Notes: generated from the letters alone by a model not told the origin. Shown: positions 20,658 through 30,927, numbered from the stretch's first letter. The stretch is 64,000 nt of DNA from an uncultured Desulfobacteraceae bacterium (GCA_964580575.1 CAZOLJ010000015.1:1329-65328); one strand, 5' to 3'. Numbers and translations are program-made.

Positions 20658-21323
20658 ATGCTGGAGACCTTCAATTTCAGAGTCATCATCGAATACCTGC
20701 CCCTCTACTGGAAATGCTTTCTTGCGACCCTCTGGCTTTCCGGCGGGAGTTTGCTGGGCGCGCTTGTCGTGGGGGTCATTGCCTGCGCCATGCGCCTCAG
20801 CGAGTCGCGAATCATCTCGAGGGTGGCGGGCGTATATATCGAGAGCATCCGTTCGACCCCGTTGCTGGCCCAGCTCTACTTCTTCTATTTCGGTCTGCCC
20901 TCACTTGGCCTTCGCATGCCGGAAGAGGCGACAGGAATTCTCGCCCTCACGCTGAACAGCGGCGCTTACATGGCTGAAATCATCCGGGCCGGGGTTCAGT
21001 CCATTGCCTACGGCCAAATCGAAGCGGCCATGTCCTCGGGCTTGAGCTACCTTCAACGCATGCGGTACATCGTTCTTCCGCAGGCTCTGGGGGTGTCCAT
21101 TCCTCCCATGCTTGGCCAGGCCATTGTTCTGGTCAAAGACTCGGCGCTTCTCTCTCTGATTTCAATCGTCGAGTTGACCCGGGCAGGGCAGATATTGACT
21201 TCGGAGCGATTCATGCCGGCTGAGGGCTTCTTGACCACGGCGGTTTTCTACCTGATTATCTATTACATTCTTAAAGCATTTTCTCACTGGTCACAGAAAC
21301 GCCTCATTTTTCGTGGGGCCTAA
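20658..21323 (+). CDS. Polar amino acid ABC permease
   Basis: YIESIRSTPLLAQL, AYMAEIIRAG, IVLPQA and VKDSALLS. Confidence 0.93.
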   Translation: MLETFNFRVIIEYLPLYWKCFLATLWLSGGSLLGALVVGVIACAMRLSESRIISRVAGVYIESIRSTPLLAQLYFFYFGLPSLGLRMPEEATGILALTLNSGAYMAEIIRAGVQSIAYGQIEAAMSSGLSYLQRMRYIVLPQALGVSIPPMLGQAIVLVKDSALLSLISIVELTRAGQILTSERFMPAEGFLTTAVFYLIIYYILKAFSHWSQKRLIFRGA

Positions 21324-21343
21324 AGAGGGGGCTTAGAAAAGAC

Positions 21344-22012
21344 ATGTGGGGTCTTTATTTCGAGCAGCTGGTCCAGAGCATCCCCTTCTTCTTGAAGGGG
21401 CTCTGGATGACTGTGGCCGTATCCGGATTGAGCCTGGTCGCCGGGACCGTCCTCGGCTTTGTGTGGGGAGTCATCCGCGCAGGCAGGGGCAAGGTGCTGA
21501 AGCGAATCATCGGGGCCTGGGTGGACCTCATTCGCGGAACCCCTTTCCTGGTGCAGGTTTTCATCTTTTTTTTCATCCTGCCTGAGGCAGGGATCCAGCT
21601 TGAAGCTTTTCCTGCGTCAGTGATCGCCCTCACGAACCTCTCCGCCTGCTTCATCTGTGAAATAGTGGCGGGGGGCATTCAGTCGATCCCCTCAGGGCAG
21701 AGAGAAGCGGCTACGGCGTCGGGTCTATCGTCCTATCATCAGCTGAGATACATCATTCTACCTCAAGCCATGCGCACCATCCTGCCGCCTCTCGTGGGGC
21801 AGTATGTGTTGCTCATTAAAGACTCCTCCGTGGTGTCGGCCATCGGTGTCACCGATGTGACAAGGGTCGGATGGTTGACCGTCCAAAGGATCCCGGAGGG
21901 GATCATGGTGTTCGGATTGGTGGGGATCCTGTATTTCTTGATTTGCTATCCGCTGATCCAGCTTTCGAACTCGCTGGAGAAGCGGATGACCGTGGTGACA
22001 ACCAAGCTGTAA
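21344..22012 (+). CDS. Polar amino acid ABC permease
   Basis: [27 protein letters not shown] and IKDSSVVS. Confidence 0.93.
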   Translation: MWGLYFEQLVQSIPFFLKGLWMTVAVSGLSLVAGTVLGFVWGVIRAGRGKVLKRIIGAWVDLIRGTPFLVQVFIFFFILPEAGIQLEAFPASVIALTNLSACFICEIVAGGIQSIPSGQREAATASGLSSYHQLRYIILPQAMRTILPPLVGQYVLLIKDSSVVSAIGVTDVTRVGWLTVQRIPEGIMVFGLVGILYFLICYPLIQLSNSLEKRMTVVTTKL

Positions 22013-22025
22013 GGGGAGCGCACTC

Positions 22026-22754
22026 ATGATCCGGTTTTCGAAGATCAACAAATGGTTTGGTGATCTGCATGTCTTGAAGGACATTAACCTGAACGTCGAA
22101 GCAGGGGAGGTAGTTGTGGTATGCGGGCCGAGCGGCTCGGGGAAGAGCACCTTGATCCGTTGCATCAACCGCCTGGAACCCATTCAGCAGGGCGAACTTG
22201 TCGTGGACAATATGAAAGTCCACGACAAAAAAACCAACATGACCAGAATAAGGGCCGAGATCGGCTTTGTGTTCCAGCAATTCAACCTATATCCCCACAT
22301 GACGGCCTTGGGAAACGTCACCATTGCTCCCGTAAAAGTGCGTAAAATGAAGAAGAATGAAGCGGAAAAATTGGGCCGGGAGATTCTGGAACGAGTCGGT
22401 CTGGGCGCCAAGGCGGATAGCTACCCGGCCCAGCTGTCCGGGGGACAGCAGCAGCGGGTTGCGATTGCTCGGGGACTTTGCATGCGGCCCAAAATAATGC
22501 TCTTCGACGAGCCCACGTCCGCGCTGGACCCGGAAATGATCAATGAGGTTCTGGACGTCATGCGGGACCTGGCCAAGGAAGGCATGACCATGATGGTGGT
22601 GACCCATGAGATGGGGTTTGCCCGGGAAGTGGCCAACCGGGTCGTCTTCATGGACGAGGGGCAGATCATCGAAGTGGCTCCTCCCAATGACTTCTTCAAG
22701 AATCCCAGGACCGAGCGGGCCAAGCTGTTCCTGAGCAAGATTCTGACCCACTAG
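22026..22754 (+). CDS. Polar amino acid ABC ATPase (GlnQ type)
   Basis: [29 protein letters not shown] and VTHEMGFA. Confidence 0.95.
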   Translation: MIRFSKINKWFGDLHVLKDINLNVEAGEVVVVCGPSGSGKSTLIRCINRLEPIQQGELVVDNMKVHDKKTNMTRIRAEIGFVFQQFNLYPHMTALGNVTIAPVKVRKMKKNEAEKLGREILERVGLGAKADSYPAQLSGGQQQRVAIARGLCMRPKIMLFDEPTSALDPEMINEVLDVMRDLAKEGMTMMVVTHEMGFAREVANRVVFMDEGQIIEVAPPNDFFKNPRTERAKLFLSKILTH

Positions 22755-22896
22755 GAGACAGCCGATTGGATTTGAACTGTAGCCTAAGCGGGCCCCTATC
22801 AGGGAGGGAATTCCTGGGATAGTCGGAAATGCTGTCGGGGGAATGGGTAAGGAAAACACACGAGCCGAGTCCACAAGACATGGAAGGGAGGTTTTC

Positions 22897-24000
22897 ATGA
22901 TTGATACCATTGCCGTTATCGGCGCCGGCAACGGGGGGAAAGCGAGTGCTGTTGATCTCACCCTCCAGGGCAAGCGCGTCCGCCTCTTCGAATTCCCCGA
23001 GTTCAAGAGCAATATCGAAGGACTTGTCGAGCACCCCACCCTGACGGCCACCGGGGCTGTGGCCGGAGAGGGTCGCCTTGATCTTGTGACCACGGATCTT
23101 TCGGAAGCCGTGTCCGGTGCGGACACGATCATGGTCTGCACTCAGGCGCTGGTTCATGACCGGACAGCGCAGGATCTGGCTCGCCTGGTTGAACCCCATC
23201 AACTCGTGATCCTCAACCCGGGTTCCACGGGTGGGGCCCTGCTCTTTGCAAAGAGGTTTCGGGACTCGGGGCTTAAAAAACTCCCCACCTTGGTCGAACT
23301 GGCGACGTTGACCTATGGTTGCCGGGGGCGAGGGTCCACCGTCCATATTCCGGTCAAGGTGAACCGCGTCCTTTACGGCACTCTTCCGGCCGGAGCGGCG
23401 GCGCGGGTGGGGCCTGGACTTGAAGCCCTCTACCCGGGCTTGCGCCGCGGTGCGAGCGTTCTGGAGGCAGGACTGAACAATGCCAATCCCGTCATCCACC
23501 CTCCCATCACGATGCTCAATTCGGCGCTTATCGAGCGAGAGGGGGACCGGAGGTTCTTTTACGGCGACGGCGTCTCCCCTGCAGTGGCGCGGCTCATCAG
23601 GAAACTGGACGGAGAAAGGATGGCCCTTCTGCGCGCCCTCGGTTACCCCGCGCAACCGGACCCCGTGACCTCCGTGGAACAGGGGTACGCGACCAGCACG
23701 GATTACCACGACTGTTACAGGCACGGCCCGGGATTCGCAGAGTTCCGCTTCCCGAACACCCTCGACAATCGCTACTTCCACGAAGACATCGGCATGGGTC
23801 TCGTGCTGTTCAGCTCTCTCGGAAAGATGCTCAAGGTGCCCACGCCCGCGTGCGAAGCGGTGATCAGAATGGGAGAGATTTTGATGGACAAGGACTATTC
23901 CGTAAAAGGACTCCGCACTGCCGAATCCCTCGGGATTGCCGGGCTGACTCTCAAAGAGTTACACGTTTACCTGGAAACAGGGGAAATGCCCCTCCACTGA
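22897..24000 (+). CDS. NAD/NADP octopine/nopaline (opine) dehydrogenase family
   Basis: GAGNGG, ILNPGSTGGAL, NANPVIHP, FYGDG, RYFHEDI and LGKMLKVPTP. Confidence 0.88.
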   Translation: MIDTIAVIGAGNGGKASAVDLTLQGKRVRLFEFPEFKSNIEGLVEHPTLTATGAVAGEGRLDLVTTDLSEAVSGADTIMVCTQALVHDRTAQDLARLVEPHQLVILNPGSTGGALLFAKRFRDSGLKKLPTLVELATLTYGCRGRGSTVHIPVKVNRVLYGTLPAGAAARVGPGLEALYPGLRRGASVLEAGLNNANPVIHPPITMLNSALIEREGDRRFFYGDGVSPAVARLIRKLDGERMALLRALGYPAQPDPVTSVEQGYATSTDYHDCYRHGPGFAEFRFPNTLDNRYFHEDIGMGLVLFSSLGKMLKVPTPACEAVIRMGEILMDKDYSVKGLRTAESLGIAGLTLKELHVYLETGEMPLH

Positions 24001-24167
24001 CACCTGGCTCGCTCCCTCAGCCTTCCCCTCTCCCCCGAATGCGGGGTAAAGAAATGGGGTCAAACGGAACCGAATGCCATGGTTGCGGCTTCCGCCGACC
24101 CGTGAGCGCCGAAGCTTCGGCGGAGGTGTTTGACGCGCTGCGTTTTTCGCGTGCTCTGCGAAGAAGC

Positions 24168-25199
24168 CTAGCGCAGGACAGCGGCCAGCTCTGCCGCCTT
24201 CGGGAAAAGCCCGAAGATCCCGCCGGTGTGCAGAAAAATGATCTGATCTCCGAAGACCCTTGCATCCCGGCGAAGCTCCTGAACCATGCCGAAGAAGGCT
24301 TTGCCTGTGTAAACGGGGTCGAGAAAAAGGCCTTCGGTTGAGGCCAGTTCGACGATAAGGGAGAGCTCCTCCGGTCGTGACTGGGCATAGCCCAGCCCCA
24401 CATAGCCGTCCAGGATCTCGATGTCCGACTCCCGGGAAAAAGAGATGTCGAGCCTGTAGCGAGAGATGCAGTCTTCGCAGATTTTTCCGATCGCTTTGAC
24501 GAAGTAATCCCGGTCGTCGCAAACATTGATCCCAACGATTCTTGCGTTCAGACCCAGAAGCTTTGTCCCCAGAATCAACCCTGCCGTGGTGCCTCCGGAT
24601 CCAGCGGCGTGGAGGATCGTCGTCCGTCGGCTGCTGCCGCGGGGGAGTTTCTTGATGTCCTGCTTCAGTTCGGCGGCGGCGTGAATGTAGCCCCAGGCAC
24701 CGAGGGCATTGGATGCGCCCTCGGGGATCACGTAGGGTTTCGAGCCTGCCCGGCGAAGGCGGTCAGCTTCTCGGGCAAAGATCTCCTCTCGCCTTTTGTA
24801 TTGCTCCGGCGTAATCCACACGATATCACTCCCTGCCAGCCGATCCAGCAGAAGGTTACCTTCAAGCGCAGGCGGGTTGAAGGGGTCCGGGGTTCTGAGA
24901 ATGAGACGAGAGCGCAGCCCCAGCCTTGCCGCTGCCACGGCGGTAGCGCGGCTGTGGTTGGATTGGGCGCCGCCGCAAGTGAGCACGATGTCTGCTGTTT
25001 GATTCAGGGCATCGGCAAGCACGAATTCGAGCTTGCGAACCTTGTTCCCTGTCAGTTCCACGCCGGTGAGGTCGTCCCGTTTGACGTAGAGATCAACCCC
25101 GAGCTTCCCGCTCATTGGTTTGAGCGGCTCAAGAGGAGTGGGAATGTTCGCCAACGGGATGCGGGGCGGATAGGGAATAGAGGCGGCTTTGGACGTCAT
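24168..25199 (-). CDS. D-cysteine desulfhydrase / ACC deaminase family PLP enzyme
   Basis: YVKRDDLTG..LTGNKVRKLE, GGAQSNH, IPEGAS, LDPVYTGKAF and FLHTGG. Confidence 0.9.
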   Translation of the reverse strand: MTSKAASIPYPPRIPLANIPTPLEPLKPMSGKLGVDLYVKRDDLTGVELTGNKVRKLEFVLADALNQTADIVLTCGGAQSNHSRATAVAAARLGLRSRLILRTPDPFNPPALEGNLLLDRLAGSDIVWITPEQYKRREEIFAREADRLRRAGSKPYVIPEGASNALGAWGYIHAAAELKQDIKKLPRGSSRRTTILHAAGSGGTTAGLILGTKLLGLNARIVGINVCDDRDYFVKAIGKICEDCISRYRLDISFSRESDIEILDGYVGLGYAQSRPEELSLIVELASTEGLFLDPVYTGKAFFGMVQELRRDARVFGDQIIFLHTGGIFGLFPKAAELAAVLR

Positions 25200-25311
25200 G
25201 GCAGAACCTCGCGGAGCAAGATTTTTAGGTCTAGCATCATATAGAAAAATGGAATAGGAATAAAGAGGTTTGGAGCCAGAATTGAGCAACATGAAGTGAG
25301 GACTGCCGGTT

Positions 25312-25638
25312 ATGTTTCTTGGACCTGATGATGTGGACCATCATCAGGACGACTACCTCGGCCTGCTGAAGAGCCGCGGGATCGACATCGTCATTGACTT
25401 GAGCGTCAATGAAACCAGAGCCATGCTTGTCGCATCGGACAGGGCAGGGGTCACCGGGAGCTGCCTGCAGGTCGCGGCTGGGCTTCATGCCGCTTTCCGG
25501 ACGGTCGTTGAGGACCCCTTGGAAAAACGGGTGTACTTCGTTGAAGACCTGCTCGGAACAACCTGCGAGCGCCTCATGATGGCCAACCTTCCCATGCAGC
25601 ACGTGGTGGTTTCGAAGAAGCAAACTGCTGTCGGCTGA
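25312..25638 (+). CDS. Hypothetical protein
   Basis: 108 aa with host-like codon usage on the plus strand; no recognised motif. Confidence 0.45.
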   Translation: MFLGPDDVDHHQDDYLGLLKSRGIDIVIDLSVNETRAMLVASDRAGVTGSCLQVAAGLHAAFRTVVEDPLEKRVYFVEDLLGTTCERLMMANLPMQHVVVSKKQTAVG

Positions 25639-25745
25639 AGCCGACAGCTTGAGGGACAGAGGCAAAAAGGCACACAGGGACAATAGGGATAGGGCAGAAA
25701 GGGTTTTCTGCTTTGTGCCTTTGCATCTTTGTCCCTTTGCCTCTT
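25627..25745. repeat. Palindrome plus octamer-periodic inverted repeat, copy 1
   Basis: gctgtcggct-ga-agccgacagc followed by GGCACAAA-like units and their inverse TTTGTGCC-like units; 25627-25657 is the exact reverse complement of 51089-51119. Confidence 0.75.
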
Positions 25746-25759
25746 TCTTGTGGTGAATC

Positions 25760-28123
25760 CTAGCTTTTGGCCAGCAGGGCAGGCGGGAAGTACAAAGAAA
25801 ACACGGTTCCTGCTGATTGATGACAGTCCTGAGTTCCCGAGCAGAACGGGCACTGGCTGATCCTGCCGGGGCAGACATCCGTGTCCTTGAGCAGGTGCTT
25901 GCACCTCGCAGAGGCCATGTCGATCTGGAAATGGTAGCGTTCGGAGAAGATCTTCATTCTGAGAAGATCGGCTCCTTTCCCGCCGGCATTGAAATCAAAG
26001 GGCCTTTTCGACGAGTAGGCCATGGTGTTCTGGGTGTGAAAGAAGCCTTCAAAGATCCTTTTCTGCGCCTCTTGGGGGATGCCGACCCCATAATCGTGAA
26101 CCAGGAGCAAAGCCCCTTCGCCCTTGGCCTGAACCGCAATCTCTATCCTCCCTTCATCCGGCGTGTTTTCAACGGCATTCTTGATCAGCCCGTCGATCAC
26201 CTTCTGAAGGACCTCCTGAGGGATAAAGATAGGCGGTGCAGGGTCAATCTGAGTGAGGATCTCCACCTGGCGATGGGAAAAAGAGGGGCGCAGGGTTTCT
26301 AACCTGTCTTTCAGCACCCGATCCAGCTGAAGGTTCACAGGGGTGGATTCCTTGGGGCCGAAAAGGTCGTCGATCTTTTTCCGAAGCCGTTCGACCCCCT
26401 TGTCATTGCCCGTCTCCTGGGCCAGGAGAACAGCCAGTTCGTCGGAGCACTGATCGAGCAGGAGGGACAGCATTCCATAGGGTTTGCACTGGCGATCCTC
26501 CATGATGTCTTCCACCTGAATCTGAATGGCCTCCATGCGATCGAGGTTTCTCTGAGCCATGTCCACAAAGGGTTTCCAGGTGGCTTCCGGCAAGGTCTCC
26601 ATCTTTCTCCTGAGCACGGCGAGGGCGCCTGAAAGAATGGAGACGGGCGTCCTCAGCTCGTGGGAGAGGTGATTGATCGCCTTGTCCTTGGCCCGGTTGA
26701 GGCTGGTTACCTCGTCGTATGCTTTCTTGAGCTCCGCGGAAACCCGGGCGTTCTCGATGGAGAGGGCTACTGTTCCTGCGATCATTTCGAGCAGGTCGAC
26801 ATCGGCCTGGACAAAGTCTCCCTCTTTTTTGTTGATCGCGCAAAGCACCCCTCTGATTTGCTCATGGCCTCTGAGAGGCACGAGAGCGAGGTTCCGGGTC
26901 TTAAAACCGAGCTTCTTATCCCTCTGTTCATGGATATGTCGATCTGTGGAGGTATCGGACACTATCATGGGTTCCCCTGTCTTGATCACTCTGCCTGCCA
27001 GAAGCTGATCCATGGGGAAACGAGCCTCTTTTACTCTTCTCTCTATGTCGGAGGTGTCATAGGCCGCCCCCAGGATAAAGAATTCCTTCTTTTCTTCGTC
27101 GAGCAGGATGGTCACACACCCTTCGGTGTTGAGAAGTCTTTTCACCTCTCCGTTGACGTAGTCGAGAAGATCTTCGAGATTTGGATATCTTGGCAGAGCC
27201 AGGCTGATGTGAAGCATGGCTTCGTTGATCCGTGCGATTTGCTTCTCCTGCGTGATATCGCGGAATATGGCGATGACGCCGGAAGGTTCTTCCCCCGATT
27301 CCGAGAAGACTGCGGCCCGGATGGCGACATCCAGTATTCGTTCCTCTTTGGTCAGTCTCCGCGACTCGTGGCGGACCAGGATCTTGTCCCTGTAGAGGCG
27401 TTTTAGATTCTCGACGGTTTCCCGTTTGGCCTCTTCAGGCACGAAGGGTATTTTCCTGCCCTCGAGGTCATCGAGCGTCCACCCGAGAACTTTGGTGAAG
27501 CCGGGATTGAGGTAAATGGGGAACCCTTCCATGGTAAAGACACCGATGGGGTAGGGGACGAAGTCCAGAAGGGTTCTAAAACGTCTCTCCGAATTGCGGA
27601 GAGCCTCTTCGGCCAGCCGGCGTTTGGAAACGTCCTGGAACGTTTCGATAGCTCCCACGATCTCGCCGGTTTCATCGATCAAAGGAGCTGCGGTGAAAAA
27701 CAGCCACTGGCCGTTTTCTCCGAGGCTCGAGAAAAAGAGTTCCGCTTCGTACCCTCCTTCCACAAGCACGGACTTTCGACATCGTTTTCCGAAATGCTTG
27801 AGGATTTCTTCTGCAGGAATACGGTCGACGATGTAGTCGACCATGGCGGGGCTGGGCTCTTTGTAAAAGGTCATCCACTGGTTGCTCGTGCCCACCATTT
27901 GGTACGCAGGAATTCCCCTTAGCTTTTCGTAAGCCTTGTTACAGTGGGTGATGACGTGGTTCTTGTCGATCACAAGGGCGGGAATGGCGCTGCTCTGGAT
28001 AATGAGGGAAAGCCTCTTCTCGACCTGCTTCAGAGTCTCCACCTCCCTCCGACATTCGGAGAGTTCTCTTTCCAGCAGGCTCACTTGGCTTGCGAGATGC
28101 TCAGGGGGTTGCTTGGTCGTCAC
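25760..28123 (-). CDS. PAS-PAS-GAF sensor histidine kinase with a Cys-rich insert in the HATPase domain
   Basis: H-box SHELRTP, N-box LIKNAVENT, G1 DYGVGI and G2-like AGGKGADL; PAS and GAF segments. Confidence 0.9.
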   Translation of the reverse strand: MTTKQPPEHLASQVSLLERELSECRREVETLKQVEKRLSLIIQSSAIPALVIDKNHVITHCNKAYEKLRGIPAYQMVGTSNQWMTFYKEPSPAMVDYIVDRIPAEEILKHFGKRCRKSVLVEGGYEAELFFSSLGENGQWLFFTAAPLIDETGEIVGAIETFQDVSKRRLAEEALRNSERRFRTLLDFVPYPIGVFTMEGFPIYLNPGFTKVLGWTLDDLEGRKIPFVPEEAKRETVENLKRLYRDKILVRHESRRLTKEERILDVAIRAAVFSESGEEPSGVIAIFRDITQEKQIARINEAMLHISLALPRYPNLEDLLDYVNGEVKRLLNTEGCVTILLDEEKKEFFILGAAYDTSDIERRVKEARFPMDQLLAGRVIKTGEPMIVSDTSTDRHIHEQRDKKLGFKTRNLALVPLRGHEQIRGVLCAINKKEGDFVQADVDLLEMIAGTVALSIENARVSAELKKAYDEVTSLNRAKDKAINHLSHELRTPVSILSGALAVLRRKMETLPEATWKPFVDMAQRNLDRMEAIQIQVEDIMEDRQCKPYGMLSLLLDQCSDELAVLLAQETGNDKGVERLRKKIDDLFGPKESTPVNLQLDRVLKDRLETLRPSFSHRQVEILTQIDPAPPIFIPQEVLQKVIDGLIKNAVENTPDEGRIEIAVQAKGEGALLLVHDYGVGIPQEAQKRIFEGFFHTQNTMAYSSKRPFDFNAGGKGADLLRMKIFSERYHFQIDMASARCKHLLKDTDVCPGRISQCPFCSGTQDCHQSAGTVFSLYFPPALLAKS

Positions 28124-30927
28124 TTCTTCACCCCTCCCGGCTCGGCGAGCGAGGCGGGCGGAAAAAAGATCGTGAAGGCGGTCCCGCCGGACGCGTGGCA
28201 GTTCTCAATCCTGGAGCAATGAGGACATTGACTGATCCTGCCCGGGCACACGTCTGTGTCTTTGGCAAGGAATCGGCACCTGGAGGAGACCATGTCCATC
28301 TTGAAGTTGTATCTCTCGGAAAAAATTCTCATGCGCAAAAGGTCTGCGCCTTTGCCGCCGGCATTGAAGTCGAAGGGCCTCTTGGAAGAATAGGCCATGG
28401 TATCCTGGGTTGTGAAGAATCCCTCGAAGATCCTTCTCTGGGCATCTTCCGTGATGCCGACCCCATAGTCCCTGACGACGAGTTCCGCCCCCTCGGTTTT
28501 CTTCCTCACATGGATTTCGATTTTCCCTTCATCCGGTGTGTTCTCGATGGCATTCCTCACCAAACCGTCGATCACTTTATTCAACACATCGGGGGGAAGA
28601 AAGATTGCGGGTGTCGGCTCAAAACGGGTGGTCAGGTCCAATTCCCTGTGAGCGAAGTGAGGCTTGAGCTGCTCGATCCTTTCCTTGACCTCCTGTTCCA
28701 GCTTGAGCTCTTTTGAAGCCGTTTCTTTCACAGTGAACAGGTCATCCACCCGCTTTCGGATCTTCTGGATCACGGCTTTCTCTCCGCACTCCTCAGCCAG
28801 GAGGGTCTCCAGTTCGTCGCCGCACTGCTCGATCATGGAGGTGAGAAGTCCCCGGGTCCTGTACTGCTTGTTCTCCATGATGTCCTGCACCTGGTACTGG
28901 ATGTCCACCACGCGATCGAGATTTCTCTGCAGCCTTTCGAGGGTGGGTTTCCAGGTCTCCTGGGGAAGGGCCGCGAGCCTGCGGGTCAGAATGTTGAGGG
29001 ACCCGGACAGAATGGCCACGGGCGTTCGCAGTTCGTGCGACAAATGATTGATCACTTTGTCCTTGGCGCGGTTGAGGCTCGTCACTTCCCGGTAGGCGTT
29101 TTTCAGTTCATGGGAAAATCTCGCGTTTTCCAGGGAGAGCGCCACGGTTCCGGCGATCATGCTGAGCATCTCAATGTCCGTCTGGTCAAAGAGGCCCTCT
29201 TTCTTGTTGATGGCGCACAGAGCACCGATCATGCGATCGCTGCTCTTCAAGGGCACGAGGGCCAGGTTCCTGGTCTTGTACCCCAGCCTCCTGTCCCTCT
29301 CTTCGTGGAGCGATCGGTGCGTGGAGGTGTCGTTCACGATCATCGGTTCCCCTGTGCGGATCACCTCTCCGGCCACGAGCTCGTTCATGGAAAACCGGAT
29401 CTCCCTGGCCCTTTTTTCGGTGTCCATGTCGTCGTAGGCAGCGCCGAGGATGAAGAGATCCCCTTTGATTTCGTCATGGAGGATCGTGAGGGAGCCTTCG
29501 GTGCCCAGAAGCGCTTTGACCTCGCTGTTGATGTAGTAGAGGAGATCCTGCAGGTCCGGGTACTCGGGCAGGGCCATGCTGATTCGGAGCATGGCTTCGT
29601 TGTTCCGGGCGATTCTTTTTTCCTGCGTCACATCCCGAAGGATCACCAGCTCGCCCTCCGGCTCGGCTTGGGACACGGAGAAGACCGCCGCTCGCAGAAT
29701 GACATCGAGGATGCGGCCGTCCTTGGTCATCCGTTTGGTCTCTTCCCGGAGGATCACCTTGTTCTCAAAGAGCTGCTTGATCTCCCGGGTCGTTTCACGC
29801 TCCATGCCGGGTGGCACATAGGGAATCGTTCGACCTTCCAGTTCGTCCAGGCCCCAGCCGAAAACCTCTGAGAAGGCCGGGTTCAGATAAGAGACCTTCC
29901 CCTCCAGGGTGAACACCACGATCGGATAAGGAGCGAAATCAAGGAGCGTCCTGTACCTCTTTTCAGAATCCCTGAGAGCCTCCTCCGCTCGCCTCCGTTC
30001 GGTGACATCCTGTAATGTCTCGATGGCGCCTGTGATTTTCTTGTCGCCATCCATCAAGGGCGCTGCCGTGAAGAAAAGCCACTTTCCTCCGCTGCCCAGG
30101 TCCGGGAAGAAATCCTCCACTTCATAGGCTCCGTCTATGACGCGGGACTTCCTGCACCGGTCTCCATAGCACTGCCTCATGTCTTCTTCGGAGGCTCCGT
30201 CCACAATGAAGTCGGCCATCACGGGCCTTTCTGAAGTGTAAAAAGCCATCCACTGAGCTCTCGCTCCTATGATCTGGCCGGCGCGGATTCCCGTCAGGTT
30301 CTCGAAAGCCCTGTTGCAATGGACCATGGTGTGGTCGGCGTTGATGACAAAGGTGGGGATGGAGGTTCCATGAACCATTTGAGAGAGTCTCTTCTCGCTC
30401 TCCAGGAGAGCCGCTTCCATCTCTCTGTTTTCCGTGACGTCCTGCAGGGTTTCGATGGCGCCGATGAGGTTCGCTTCCGCATCCCGAAGGGGCGCCGCCG
30501 TAATGAACAGCCACTTCCCTTTTTCTCCCATCCTTGGGAAAAAGGCCTCGGCTTCGTAAGCTCCTTTGATGACTTTGGACTTTCGACATTTCCTGCCGTA
30601 ATACCAGACCATTTCTTCTTCAGGAGCCTGGTCCACAATGAAGTCGGCCATGTACGGCCGGGCCGAGGCGGCGGCATCCAACCACTCTTTGCTCCCGAGG
30701 ATCTGATCGGCTGAAACTCCAATGAGGTTCTCAAACGCCTTGTTGCAGTAAGTGATGGTGTGATCCATGTTGATGACGAAGGTGGGTATAGGGCTTCCCT
30801 GGATCATTTGGGGCAAAAATCGCTCTTTTTCTCCAAGGGCCTGTTCTGCGACTCCGGCTTTGGCCGCCTCTTTTTCAAGCTCATGGATTCTCCTTTCCAG
30901 TTCCTCATAGGTCGGCTTGATGGCCAT
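28120..30927 (-). CDS. PAS x3-GAF sensor histidine kinase, paralog of the adjacent kinase
   Basis: KPTYEELERRIHELE start with a GGAGG RBS; SHELRTP, LVRNAIENT, DYGVGI and AGGKGADL; GTGA overlap with the downstream kinase. Confidence 0.9.
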   Translation of the reverse strand: MAIKPTYEELERRIHELEKEAAKAGVAEQALGEKERFLPQMIQGSPIPTFVINMDHTITYCNKAFENLIGVSADQILGSKEWLDAAASARPYMADFIVDQAPEEEMVWYYGRKCRKSKVIKGAYEAEAFFPRMGEKGKWLFITAAPLRDAEANLIGAIETLQDVTENREMEAALLESEKRLSQMVHGTSIPTFVINADHTMVHCNRAFENLTGIRAGQIIGARAQWMAFYTSERPVMADFIVDGASEEDMRQCYGDRCRKSRVIDGAYEVEDFFPDLGSGGKWLFFTAAPLMDGDKKITGAIETLQDVTERRRAEEALRDSEKRYRTLLDFAPYPIVVFTLEGKVSYLNPAFSEVFGWGLDELEGRTIPYVPPGMERETTREIKQLFENKVILREETKRMTKDGRILDVILRAAVFSVSQAEPEGELVILRDVTQEKRIARNNEAMLRISMALPEYPDLQDLLYYINSEVKALLGTEGSLTILHDEIKGDLFILGAAYDDMDTEKRAREIRFSMNELVAGEVIRTGEPMIVNDTSTHRSLHEERDRRLGYKTRNLALVPLKSSDRMIGALCAINKKEGLFDQTDIEMLSMIAGTVALSLENARFSHELKNAYREVTSLNRAKDKVINHLSHELRTPVAILSGSLNILTRRLAALPQETWKPTLERLQRNLDRVVDIQYQVQDIMENKQYRTRGLLTSMIEQCGDELETLLAEECGEKAVIQKIRKRVDDLFTVKETASKELKLEQEVKERIEQLKPHFAHRELDLTTRFEPTPAIFLPPDVLNKVIDGLVRNAIENTPDEGKIEIHVRKKTEGAELVVRDYGVGITEDAQRRIFEGFFTTQDTMAYSSKRPFDFNAGGKGADLLRMRIFSERYNFKMDMVSSRCRFLAKDTDVCPGRISQCPHCSRIENCHASGGTAFTIFFPPASLAEPGGVKK

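Noticed and set aside
25312-25638. Resemblance of the 108-aa ORF to a homospermidine synthase segment (IDIVIDLSV)
   Set aside because: The similarity is too short to support a functional call.
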